Source: a virus
Lineage: Duplodnaviria; Caudoviricetes
Length of the DNA: 64,000 bases
IMG/VR virus record: IMGVR_UViG_3300032226_000829
Strand: one strand, 5' to 3'
Shown here: positions 8,589-17,460 of the stretch, piece by piece
How positions within the stretch are numbered: position 1 is the first letter of the stretch
Layout: each line of letters starts with the position of its first letter
Program-made: the position numbers and the translations under genes
The notes under the pieces: model-generated
Seen by the model: the letters and a program-made list of their open reading frames with translations, nothing else
The model's database searches: none
Told to the model about the DNA's origin: nothing

Positions 8589-9727
8589 AATTAGTAGAAT
8601 TCAAAACAATCACAGGACGTTGTGACATATTGCTGGAAGATGCCAGAATACATCACCTGGAAGATTTTGTGCTGTGGAATGGCAGTCAAGGAGCCAGTCA
8701 AGCATTGGACGCACTCAGTAATATTAATAAAAATTTAAAAAGTGTCACAATCAAATGGGATGGTGCCGTGGGAGTGATCTTTGGAAGAAATCCCAATGGA
8801 GAATTCATATTCACAGACAAAGCAGGATTTGTGGCCAAAGGCTATGATGGTAGAACCACCAATGCAGATGATTTGGGTGCCATGATACAAGGTCGTGCCA
8901 AAGATGTGAACAAGGCAGCGGACTATAAAGTTTTTGCTGACAAAATGAAATCAGTGTTTCCCATCATTGAATCTGCCACTCCAGAAAACTTGGCGGGGTA
9001 TTACCGAGCAGACATATTGTATTTTCAACAGCCTGAATTAAAAGATGGCAGATACCAGTTCAAACCCAATGTGGTCACCTACAGTGTCACACCAGACAGT
9101 GTGTTGGGCAAAAAAATTGCCAAAAGTTCTGTGGGCGTGGTGATTCACAGCATGATCAATGAGCAGGGCACTGAACAGCCTGTGCCAGATGATTTAGAAT
9201 TCAAAGGCAGCAAACTGCTGGTGGTGCCACCAGTCACTGTGAGCAATCCTGTGCAGTTGGATACCACTCAGTTGGCTCAGGTAAAATCCATGCTGACACA
9301 ACATGCCCGAGACATTGACACAGTGTTGGATCGCAACAAATTGACTGCAATGAAAGTGTCAGATTTTGCCAACATACTGTACACCTATGTGAACAGCAAA
9401 GTGCTCACTGGCATGAAAGACTTGGGCAGAGATTTTGTAAAATGGCTCACAACCACCAGTGCTGTGAGTCGCAACAAACAAGGCAAAATTGTGGATTACG
9501 TGAAACAGAATGTGGTGGGATTCAATGCACTGTGGAAAGTATTTGCAGGCATTCAAGCAGCCAAAGATTCAGTGATTGCACAATTGGACAATCAAGGGTC
9601 GGATGTGACTGCCAGCATCAACGATCAACCAGGTGGTGAGGGCTATGTGATACAAACAGCTCAAGGCCCAATCAAATTGGTGAACAGAGCAGGGTTCTCA
9701 AAAGTGAATTTTGCACTAAATAGATAG
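8585..9727 (+). CDS. Covalent nucleotidyltransferase (RNA/DNA ligase-like) protein
   Basis: Motif I TIKWDG, motif III-like YRADILY, motif IV EGYVI, motif V IKLVNR. Confidence 0.6.
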   Translation: MKLVEFKTITGRCDILLEDARIHHLEDFVLWNGSQGASQALDALSNINKNLKSVTIKWDGAVGVIFGRNPNGEFIFTDKAGFVAKGYDGRTTNADDLGAMIQGRAKDVNKAADYKVFADKMKSVFPIIESATPENLAGYYRADILYFQQPELKDGRYQFKPNVVTYSVTPDSVLGKKIAKSSVGVVIHSMINEQGTEQPVPDDLEFKGSKLLVVPPVTVSNPVQLDTTQLAQVKSMLTQHARDIDTVLDRNKLTAMKVSDFANILYTYVNSKVLTGMKDLGRDFVKWLTTTSAVSRNKQGKIVDYVKQNVVGFNALWKVFAGIQAAKDSVIAQLDNQGSDVTASINDQPGGEGYVIQTAQGPIKLVNRAGFSKVNFALNR

Positions 9728-9728
9728 T

Positions 9729-10127
9729 ATGGTAAAAGCAACAGATTTCATGCCCAAAAAGATCAGCATCATGGATCCAGCAGATGATCCCAATGCAGGA
9801 CTGGACAAAGAATTCAAACAGGACACCATGTTCAATCAGTTGGGCAAAGTGTTGGACAGCAGAGGCAATCCCAATCCCATCACACACGTGACCACAGATG
9901 ATGGCGAAAAACACCCCATCACTGCACAGCAGGCCAGAGCACTGAGAGCATTGGCCACTGCAGAAAATGTGAAACCAGCCACAAAATTACAATTTACCAA
10001 AGACATTCAAACAGGTGTGGGCATTAAAAAGTTTTTGTCACAGCCTGACACCAAGAATTATGTGAGCACTTTTGTGGACACCTACATGAAGGGTCAAACT
10101 GTGTACACGCCCACCACCAAGTACTAA
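9729..10127 (+). CDS. Hypothetical protein
   Basis: 132-aa ORF in the same operon. Confidence 0.7.
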   Translation: MVKATDFMPKKISIMDPADDPNAGLDKEFKQDTMFNQLGKVLDSRGNPNPITHVTTDDGEKHPITAQQARALRALATAENVKPATKLQFTKDIQTGVGIKKFLSQPDTKNYVSTFVDTYMKGQTVYTPTTKY

Positions 10128-10238
10128 CCCCCTAAAAATTAACACTGTAGAGAATTTTGGCATCAGATGCCATAAATAATCACAACCAGTCCACGGAGCG
10201 TGGATTTGGCCATTAACAATGATAAAAGGAGAACAACA

Positions 10239-10544
10239 ATGGCTACAGTAACAAACACAAACCAACCTGTGATTTCTTTAAATCAAGGATTGGGTGGAAA
10301 AACGCAAATCATAAACATTGCGAAAACCAACATGACAAACGCAGAAGTGAACACTATCTTAGTGGACATTGCTTACGATGGTTTTACCATCGCTGGCGTG
10401 ACCACTGCTGATGGTTCAGCTTTCGTATCTGCCACAACCGACAACTTAGTAGTTGCACTTCAAGGCACAGCAACCTACGCAGCAGAGCCTTCAAATGCTC
10501 ACGGTGTAACAGGTGCAGTGACTACAGTATTAGCAGTATTCTAA
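10239..10544 (+). CDS. Small, probably highly expressed virion protein (decoration-like)
   Basis: Strong RBS aaaggagaacaaca-ATG, TAAATA promoter and 5' hairpin upstream, terminator downstream, Thr/Ala/Val-rich. Confidence 0.6.
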   Translation: MATVTNTNQPVISLNQGLGGKTQIINIAKTNMTNAEVNTILVDIAYDGFTIAGVTTADGSAFVSATTDNLVVALQGTATYAAEPSNAHGVTGAVTTVLAVF

Positions 10545-10575
10545 TACTTTGGTCCAAGTGATTGGATCTACACAC

Positions 10576-10608
10576 AAAGGGCGTTCAGGAAACTGGGCGC
10601 CCTTTTTT
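10576..10608 (+). terminator. Intrinsic terminator
   Basis: aaaGGGCGTTCAG-gaaa-CTGGGCGCCC-tttttt. Confidence 0.85.
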
Positions 10609-10631
10609 ATTGACTGTTAAATACCCACGAT

Positions 10632-11045
10632 ATGTACCAAGTTTATTCACTCATAGACATCACCAAAACTGATCAGCATCGCCACAAGAGCAATGATCGC
10701 TGTGCTGTGGATCAGCAATCCAACTACAATGTGTTTGAACAGTGTCTCATGCTGAGAAGCAACGTGAACATACACAGTCGTCCAGTGGCTCTGCACAAGG
10801 ATGTGAAACAATTTGCCTTTGGAAGCAGATATCAAGGTCAGCATCAGATTTGGTTCATGGAGTTTGACACAGATCAGCCAGACTATGTCACTGTGCAACA
10901 ACTGCAGGAAGATTTCAACATGGTGCCCATGATCTCCAATCTCAAAGAGAGCATCAACATCAACAACAATATTTTTATCACTCAAGATCCTCAGAACACA
11001 AACATAGTGTTTTATAAAAACAGCACACTTAAAACCACAGACTAG
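10632..11045 (+). CDS. Hypothetical protein
   Basis: 137-aa ORF preceded by TAAATA. Confidence 0.7.
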   Translation: MYQVYSLIDITKTDQHRHKSNDRCAVDQQSNYNVFEQCLMLRSNVNIHSRPVALHKDVKQFAFGSRYQGQHQIWFMEFDTDQPDYVTVQQLQEDFNMVPMISNLKESININNNIFITQDPQNTNIVFYKNSTLKTTD

Positions 11046-11060
11046 CAGATAAATATCTGT

Positions 11061-11291
11061 ATGAGCGAACTGGAAAAAGAAAATTTAGAAGCACACGTTG
11101 ATCTTTGCGCCGAGCGTTACAAAGCCTTGGAAGCACGTCTCACTGCCATTGAAGAAAAAGTGGCTGAGTTGCATTCAGAAATGCTCAAAGGCAACTCAGG
11201 CATGACCAAAACGATCATAATAGCCACGGGTGCTATAGTCACAGGCTTGCTCAGCACCATAGTCACACTGCTGATGAAATTCCCTGGGTAA
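11061..11291 (+). CDS. Small coiled-coil protein with C-terminal TM helix
   Basis: LEKENLEAHVDLCAERY coiled coil plus hydrophobic IIIATGAIVTGLLSTIVTLL; TAAATA 5 nt upstream. Confidence 0.7.
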   Translation: MSELEKENLEAHVDLCAERYKALEARLTAIEEKVAELHSEMLKGNSGMTKTIIIATGAIVTGLLSTIVTLLMKFPG

Positions 11292-11333
11292 TCACCCACA
11301 CACGCTAAATACATCAAAACAACAATCATTGCT

Positions 11334-11660
11334 ATGAAAATTGTGGAAATACTGTCAGAATCTGTGGTTTCAGTCTGGGGTCGCAAAGGCAGCGGCATGG
11401 CCAGACGCTATAGATGCACAGCCGGCATTCGCAAAGGACGTATTGTGAGCAGTCCTACCACTTGTACCAAACCCAAAGATATCAAAAAATCTTTTAGATT
11501 CAAAGCCACCAGAGCTCGCAGAGGATCAGCCATGGGAATCAAAGCATCCAGAACCAAACGTGCCACAGTCAGCAGTCGAGTGAGAAAATTAAACATTGGT
11601 CAAGCACGTCAAAAACTTAAACCCTATAAACCTGGCAAAAGAAAGCCCATAAGAAAATGA
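11334..11660 (+). CDS. Very basic hypothetical protein (MKIVEILSE...)
   Basis: 108 aa, Arg/Lys-rich after an N-terminal IxE/LxE motif. Confidence 0.7.
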   Translation: MKIVEILSESVVSVWGRKGSGMARRYRCTAGIRKGRIVSSPTTCTKPKDIKKSFRFKATRARRGSAMGIKASRTKRATVSSRVRKLNIGQARQKLKPYKPGKRKPIRK

Positions 11661-12046
11661 GATTAAAAGAATTTGCACCCAATGATTATTTGAATAAGGT
11701 CTTGAAAAAAGTAGGACCCAATGCCATACGCACCGGCGCACCCATGCCTCAGAATGTGCTGCCCAAAGGTCCCATTAAGACTGCTGCACCTGCAGTGAAA
11801 TCCACCATGAACAAAATGAACACTGCCACCAACAAAAATTTATTGAAACCTGGACAGAAATTACCCATGCCCACAGCACCCGGCAAGGAGACAGACATGG
11901 ATATTATGGCAGTGGGTCCTGACACAGTGAAATTACAGAGCAAAGATCCCAAAAACCCAGGAGAAGTCACTGTGAAGAAAAAAGACTTGGATCCCGTGAT
12001 CAATAATCTCATGCAGAGAAGCAGAGGACAACAGACCACACGATGA
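11657..12046 (+). CDS. Hypothetical protein (MRLKE...)
   Basis: 129 aa, ATGA overlap with the upstream gene. Confidence 0.7.
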   Translation: MRLKEFAPNDYLNKVLKKVGPNAIRTGAPMPQNVLPKGPIKTAAPAVKSTMNKMNTATNKNLLKPGQKLPMPTAPGKETDMDIMAVGPDTVKLQSKDPKNPGEVTVKKKDLDPVINNLMQRSRGQQTTR

Positions 12047-12261
12047 AGATCAACGAATTGATATCAGATTTTGAAATATATGTCAGCAATGAAGAATCTG
12101 CTCTGTTGAGCCGCATGCAGAATCAAACACCCATTGTCAGTTTCACAGAGAGAGAACAATTCATCATTGAGAATCTCATAAGAAAATCTTTGATAACTAA
12201 AATTATTAAAAATAATCAAACATGGGTGGTGAGCAATGAAAGATCGCAAGACGGTTGCTAG
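12043..12261 (+). CDS. Hypothetical protein (MKINE...)
   Basis: 72 aa, ATGA overlap. Confidence 0.65.
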   Translation: MKINELISDFEIYVSNEESALLSRMQNQTPIVSFTEREQFIIENLIRKSLITKIIKNNQTWVVSNERSQDGC

Positions 12262-12661
12262 AGAAATACTCAAACTCATAGATCGTGAAGCACAAACACT
12301 GTGCATGCCCATTCAACAGGGTAACAGTGTGCGAATCAAGCACATGGTGGTGCGTGATAGCCGTCATGGATTTTTGGTGTTCAACATCATCACTGGTGAG
12401 CAGGTGGCTCGCACTTTCAGCAAAACCGCAGCAGTGGCCATTGCCAAAAGTCACGCAGAAGGCAAGACTCGCAGCACTGCCAACATACTCAAAATTGACG
12501 AAAAAATACAACAAAAATACAATGATTGCGTGCATTTCAAACACACCATATATTTCAGCGAAGATCACAACCGTAAATCCGCTGCAGAAATACGCTATGA
12601 TGTGGCTTGGGATGATGTTTTAACGCTGAGATCTGAACTGGATCATTATATCTTTGACTAA
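12236..12661 (+). CDS. Hypothetical protein
   Basis: 141-aa ORF in the operon. Confidence 0.7.
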   Translation: MKDRKTVAREILKLIDREAQTLCMPIQQGNSVRIKHMVVRDSRHGFLVFNIITGEQVARTFSKTAAVAIAKSHAEGKTRSTANILKIDEKIQQKYNDCVHFKHTIYFSEDHNRKSAAEIRYDVAWDDVLTLRSELDHYIFD

Positions 12662-12688
12662 ATAAATTCAAGCAAGGACTTTATTATA

Positions 12689-13864
12689 ATGAAATTTACA
12701 CAACTGATCAAAACTCTCACAGCAGAAGACCTTAACAACAGGGTGGCGCAGATGTTTGGTTCTAAAATCAATTTGGAATCATTCACCACAGAACAACTGT
12801 CCACTGCCCGTGACAAATTGGCCAATCAATTATTGACCATTGAAAATCAAACCAACTTTGATGCCATACATTCAAGTGAAGCATATCAAAAAAATAGATT
12901 ATTTTTAAAAGTGATTGAACAAAAAATTGAAGAATTATCACAGACAGATGAGAAGGCACAAAGTCCCTACGCAATAGGCATGGCACAGGCCATGAAGAGC
13001 ACAGGTGATCAACCACCACTTAAAAAATCCACAATTAAAAAAGCACACGATATTGCCAAGTCAGTGGAAAAAAATGAAAGTGAAACCACAGTGGATGAAA
13101 CAATGTCACGTCAACATTTTCAATATGTGGCTGACACATTAAAAGATATTCAAGATCCAGCTAAGAGAGCAGAATATGCCAAACATCATTCGGCCATATT
13201 CCAACATTTTAATCCAAATTTTGATCATGCAAAATTTATGTCAGCAGCAGGAATAGAAATGAAAGAACCAGCAGAAGCAGTGGCCGAAGCCAAACCAGAT
13301 TTTTTAGACATGGACAAAGACGGAGATAAAAAAGAACCTATGAAAAAAGCCATTCAAGACAAAAAGAAAAAGAATATCAAAGAAGGTGCTGAAGAGTCAG
13401 CTAGAATAGTAATGAGCGCCAATGGATTGGTGGACAAAATTACAGGCTGGATGGAAGACACAGCAAAAATGCAAACAGAAGTGATGTTGGAATTAGGCGA
13501 TAGTATCCGAGACGAGATGGGATCTGAAAAATCAGAACAATTTGTTAACACCATGAAACCATCTTTAGAATCATTGTACTCACAATTGGAAACCACAAGA
13601 AAATCATTCACAGACGGCGTAGCTGTTCTGACAGGCGAAGAAGCGCCGGCAACTTTGGGCGCGGATGCTCCAACAGATGACATTGAAGATCTTGAAACAG
13701 AAGTAGAACCAGAAGTAACACCAGACACAGCAGATGACTTCACTGCTAGCGAACCAGCCACAGGCGGTGAAGAACCTGCAGACAGAAAAAAAAGAGAATC
13801 AATCATCAGAAGATCTCCAAGATTGGCAGAAATGCTATCACGCACTTCAAAAAAAAAGGCTTAA
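12689..13864 (+). CDS. Prohead core/scaffold-like acidic protein
   Basis: 391 aa; AEAKPDFLDMDKDGDKKEPMKKA (DxDxDG loop) and several [I/L/V]-x-E candidate protease sites. Confidence 0.55.
   Translation: MKFTQLIKTLTAEDLNNRVAQMFGSKINLESFTTEQLSTARDKLANQLLTIENQTNFDAIHSSEAYQKNRLFLKVIEQKIEELSQTDEKAQSPYAIGMAQAMKSTGDQPPLKKSTIKKAHDIAKSVEKNESETTVDETMSRQHFQYVADTLKDIQDPAKRAEYAKHHSAIFQHFNPNFDHAKFMSAAGIEMKEPAEAVAEAKPDFLDMDKDGDKKEPMKKAIQDKKKKNIKEGAEESARIVMSANGLVDKITGWMEDTAKMQTEVMLELGDSIRDEMGSEKSEQFVNTMKPSLESLYSQLETTRKSFTDGVAVLTGEEAPATLGADAPTDDIEDLETEVEPEVTPDTADDFTASEPATGGEEPADRKKRESIIRRSPRLAEMLSRTSKKKA
13849..13858 (+). other. Slippery A9G tract (A AAA AAG in frame), candidate -1 frameshift site
   Basis: Codons TCA AAA AAA AAG GCT TAA; the -1 frame is open to 14187 and has no ATG/GTG/TTG before 13957. 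Confidence 0.6.
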
Positions 13865-14187
13865 TAGCAGAATCTGAAAACAACGCTCTTATTCAAGTAT
13901 TAAGAAATTTTATTTCCACAGCCAACAGCAATCAGCAATCTGCCTACATCAATTACATGGCACTGAACAAGATCATGCAGAATGTCAAAGGCAATCAATA
14001 CAATTTTGATGCACTTAAAAATGCCTATGACACCGATGTTAATCTTAAATCATTGATCAAAAATTTTGACCGAGATGGTATCACACTACGCACTGATCTA
14101 ACCAAAAACAACACAGCTCCTATCAAACCAAAAAAGAATTCAGTGGATAGATTGGCACAGCAGGCAGTTAAAAAACGATCCAAATAA
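13858..14187 (+). CDS. Frameshift-accessed C-terminal extension (GLIAESENNALIQVLRNF...KKRSK)
   Basis: Frame open from 13768 to 14187; ORF track calls only 13957..14187. Confidence 0.55.
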   Translation, partial: GLIAESENNALIQVLRNFISTANSNQQSAYINYMALNKIMQNVKGNQYNFDALKNAYDTDVNLKSLIKNFDRDGITLRTDLTKNNTAPIKPKKNSVDRLAQQAVKKRSK

Positions 14188-14192
14188 AAAGA

Positions 14193-14221
14193 TTGACACC
14201 CATCCACACAAACTATATACT
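14193..14221 (+). promoter_or_regulatory. sigma70-type promoter, probably leaderless
   Basis: TTGACA-N17-TATACT, 6 nt before ATG 14228. Confidence 0.75.
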
Positions 14222-14227
14222 AACACA

Positions 14228-14602
14228 ATGAGCGAAAGAACCAAAGCGGATATAATCTCCGACATCAACACAGTGATAGAAAAATATGTGCTGCCAGCAG
14301 TGGGCAGTCATGGTGGTGCTGTGAAGTTGGTTGATTTCGATCCACTCACAGGAGTTTTGAAATTACAGATGGGCGGGGCCTGTTCAGGCTGTGCCGGCAG
14401 CAAGATGACACTGAAGAATGGCGTGGAGAAAATTTTGTTTCACTATGTGCCTGAAGTTAAGAGCATTGAAGCAGAAGATGACGAACAAAGTCAAGTGGAT
14501 CCTTATTTGAGTCATCCCATAGACTATCCTTCGGCCAATGAGATGTTGGATGAGCTCACACACCTCAGCAAGTTCGTTACACCAGACGAAGATAGAAAAT
14601 AG
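14228..14602 (+). CDS. NifU/Nfu-type Fe-S cluster carrier
   Basis: VLPAVGSHGGAVKLVDF...LQMGGACSGCAGSKMTLKNGVE (CxxC). Confidence 0.9.
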   Translation: MSERTKADIISDINTVIEKYVLPAVGSHGGAVKLVDFDPLTGVLKLQMGGACSGCAGSKMTLKNGVEKILFHYVPEVKSIEAEDDEQSQVDPYLSHPIDYPSANEMLDELTHLSKFVTPDEDRK

Positions 14603-14607
14603 AATCA

Positions 14608-15297
14608 ATGACACTATTGAAGCCCAAATACCAGTACGAGAATCTCAAAAGAGTATTGGTGGATGGCAAAAGATTGTACAGTTGTCCCAATGGAGAAGCA
14701 CTGCCGTCAGTGACTACCATACTGGACAGCACCAAAGACAAAACACATCTGATGGAATGGCGTCGCAAAGTAGGCGAAGAACAAGCCACAGCAATCACTC
14801 GTGAAGCCAGTGGCATCGGCACAAGGATGCACAAATATCTAGAACAATACATAGAGCGAGGCAACTGGGGAGAAGCCGGCAGCAATCCTTATGCACTGCA
14901 GGCACACCAGATGGCTCAGGTGGTGGGCAAAAATGCATTGGTGCATGTGGATGAAGTGTGGGGTTCAGAGGTGAGCCTTTACTTCCCACAGATCTATGCG
15001 GGCACCACTGACTGTGTGGGCACCTACAAAGGAGTGCCCTGCATCATCGATTTCAAACAGACCAACAAACCCAAGAAGCTGGAGTGGATCACAGATTATT
15101 TTTTACAACTGGTGGCTTATGCCGAAGCACACAACAAAGTGTATCACAGTGAAATACGTGAAGCACACGTGTTCATGTGCAGCCGCGACTTCACCTATCA
15201 GCAGTTTGATATCACCCCCATGCAATACAACAAATATGCAGACATGTGGTGGGATCGTGTGGAGCAATACTACAAGAAACAAGCAAGTCACGCATAA
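14608..15297 (+). CDS. PD-(D/E)XK exonuclease (RecB/Cas4/MGME1-like)
   Basis: LPSVTTIL, GTRMH, YAGTTDC, IIDFKQ, YFLQLVAYA. Confidence 0.85.
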   Translation: MTLLKPKYQYENLKRVLVDGKRLYSCPNGEALPSVTTILDSTKDKTHLMEWRRKVGEEQATAITREASGIGTRMHKYLEQYIERGNWGEAGSNPYALQAHQMAQVVGKNALVHVDEVWGSEVSLYFPQIYAGTTDCVGTYKGVPCIIDFKQTNKPKKLEWITDYFLQLVAYAEAHNKVYHSEIREAHVFMCSRDFTYQQFDITPMQYNKYADMWWDRVEQYYKKQASHA

Positions 15298-15358
15298 CAA
15301 TCCACAACTGAGTCGATAAATACACTTGTTATAACACACAAGATTTAGGAGCAAACAA

Positions 15359-16972
15359 GTGGCAATTGTATCATTAAGCAGAATTCAAGTACGCAGAGGA
15401 CAAGCAGGTGCTGGTTCAGGCATACCCCAACTGGCAGGTGGTGAGCTTGGCTGGGCCATGGACACTCAAGAATTATTCATTGGAAATGGATCAGTGGCAG
15501 AAGGCGCTCCTTCAGTGGGCAATACCAAACTGCTCACAGAACACGACAATTTATTTGAACTCAGCAGTCAATACATCTACGGTAACGAAACGGTTGTGCA
15601 GACAGGTGTATCATCAGGATCACCCATTCAACGCACACTGAAACAGAGATTGGATGACACAGTGAGTGTGAGAGCATTTGGTGCTGAAGGATCAGGCAGC
15701 AATGAAGTGATAGAACTTCAAAGAGCCATTGATCAGTTGTATGTGAATGCTGCCACAGTGGGAAACCCACAGAGCAGAATTCAACTGCTCATACCCGCAG
15801 GCACATATTCCATCAATGCCAGTTTAAAAATTCCACCATTCACCACACTGATTGGAGACGGTAGTGACAAGACCATCATCACACAGACTGCAAATTTTCC
15901 AGTGTTTGAAACAGTGAATGGTTTGAGAACTCCTGGAGTGGCTGGCAACAGAGCAGCCACAACCACATTGAATCAAGCACGTCATATCACCATCAAAGGC
16001 ATGACACTGAACATCACCGGCAACAACCCAGCCATCCTAGTGGACAACTGTGTGAACAGTGATTTTGAAGATATTAAAATTGGTGGAGATTGGAGCACCA
16101 GTGCTTCTTACACAGATAATTTTGCCATCAAGATGGTAGCTATCAGCAGCACAGTGACCACTGCCAACAACAATTTTAAAAGTATTAAAATTAATGAATT
16201 TCAACAAGCTGTGCATTCTGATTACGATGTTGCAGAAAATCATTTTGAAAACTGTATGTTTCAAAATTGTCAGTATGGCATAGTGTTTGGAGAAAATACT
16301 GTGTTGGGATCACCTGGACAAAATACAGCTCCTTTCAATAACACAGTGAGCAAATCACAATTCATAGATATCAATCGCCAGGGCATATGGATTCGCAAAG
16401 GCAAAGGCAATAAAAGTATCAGCAACAGTTTTGAAAGCGTGGGCAATGATGGAGGCACAGAAGCCAATGCTGTGTACAGTGTGATTAAATTTGAAACTAT
16501 GGAAAATGCTTCACACAATGATTATTTTGATCGTACTAAAAAATTATCCACTGAAAGTGCCTACACATTGTCTGCAGCCTATGTGCCAGAGATTCAAGGG
16601 TATGTGGACAACACCAACACATTTTCATTGAGTATCAACGTGGGATATTCTGTAGGATTTACCAATTCATTCAGATTGCCAGCAGACATCACCAAGAGTT
16701 ATGTGGTGTATTATCTTTACAAGAGTACCTATGTGAACGCAGTGAGACACGGCACTTTGGAAATCACTGTGAACAAAAACAACAACACCACCAGTCTCAC
16801 AGACACATATGATTATGTGGGGGATTCAACCTACAGTACCAATTTGGATTTCAACGTGATATTATCTGACATCAATGCAGATACTCAGATAGACACTGTG
16901 TTGGTTCAAACCAAAGATAGCACACTGAATGACGCTGGAACCATTCTTTTTCAAGTCAAGGTCAAATCCTAA
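15359..16972 (+). CDS. Tail/baseplate-associated protein: Mtd-N-like N-terminus plus beta-helix (pectate lyase-like) domain
   Basis: GTG start with RBS; RIQVRRG...PQLAGGELGWAMD; SVRAFGAEG; LLIPAGTY; parallel beta-helix-like repeats. Confidence 0.65.
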   Translation: MAIVSLSRIQVRRGQAGAGSGIPQLAGGELGWAMDTQELFIGNGSVAEGAPSVGNTKLLTEHDNLFELSSQYIYGNETVVQTGVSSGSPIQRTLKQRLDDTVSVRAFGAEGSGSNEVIELQRAIDQLYVNAATVGNPQSRIQLLIPAGTYSINASLKIPPFTTLIGDGSDKTIITQTANFPVFETVNGLRTPGVAGNRAATTTLNQARHITIKGMTLNITGNNPAILVDNCVNSDFEDIKIGGDWSTSASYTDNFAIKMVAISSTVTTANNNFKSIKINEFQQAVHSDYDVAENHFENCMFQNCQYGIVFGENTVLGSPGQNTAPFNNTVSKSQFIDINRQGIWIRKGKGNKSISNSFESVGNDGGTEANAVYSVIKFETMENASHNDYFDRTKKLSTESAYTLSAAYVPEIQGYVDNTNTFSLSINVGYSVGFTNSFRLPADITKSYVVYYLYKSTYVNAVRHGTLEITVNKNNNTTSLTDTYDYVGDSTYSTNLDFNVILSDINADTQIDTVLVQTKDSTLNDAGTILFQVKVKS

Positions 16973-17411
16973 ACCTCAAATATTTTTTGGTGATTACACT
17001 GAACGTTTGATCTGTTGGAGACAGTTTAGAGACTACTTGGAAAAATCCACACAACCTTTGCAGGACATCACACAGTTGTATAGACTGTGTCCACTCACAC
17101 ACACCAAAACAAACTTTTTTGACAGAGTCACTTGGCCACAGGCTTGGAATTTGATAGAAAAAAATGATTACAACAGTGTGGATAGACTGTTGGGCATGTG
17201 GTACACACTGAGATTGACTGACAGATTTGCCCGCAGCAACATTGATTTGTTACAATGCATGGAAAAGAATCCAAATCCTGTGGATAAAAAACATTTCAGT
17301 CTGGCATTGGCATTGGATGATCAATATTGCGTGGTGGAAAATTCTGCCATTTTATTGAAAAAAGAGTTTGACAATCAATACATTTCGCAATATACTTACT
17401 TTAACTTATAA
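16929..17411 (+). CDS. Hypothetical protein
   Basis: 160-aa ORF; start uncertain. Confidence 0.6.
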   Translation: MTLEPFFFKSRSNPKPQIFFGDYTERLICWRQFRDYLEKSTQPLQDITQLYRLCPLTHTKTNFFDRVTWPQAWNLIEKNDYNSVDRLLGMWYTLRLTDRFARSNIDLLQCMEKNPNPVDKKHFSLALALDDQYCVVENSAILLKKEFDNQYISQYTYFNL

Positions 17412-17460
17412 ATTAGATAAATATACTTTTATACACAACAATTAATTCGAACAAACTCAA

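Noticed and set aside
14608-15297. Cas4 / CRISPR-associated nuclease
   Set aside because: Generic PD-(D/E)XK nuclease lacking the four-Cys Fe-S motif; no array or cas context.
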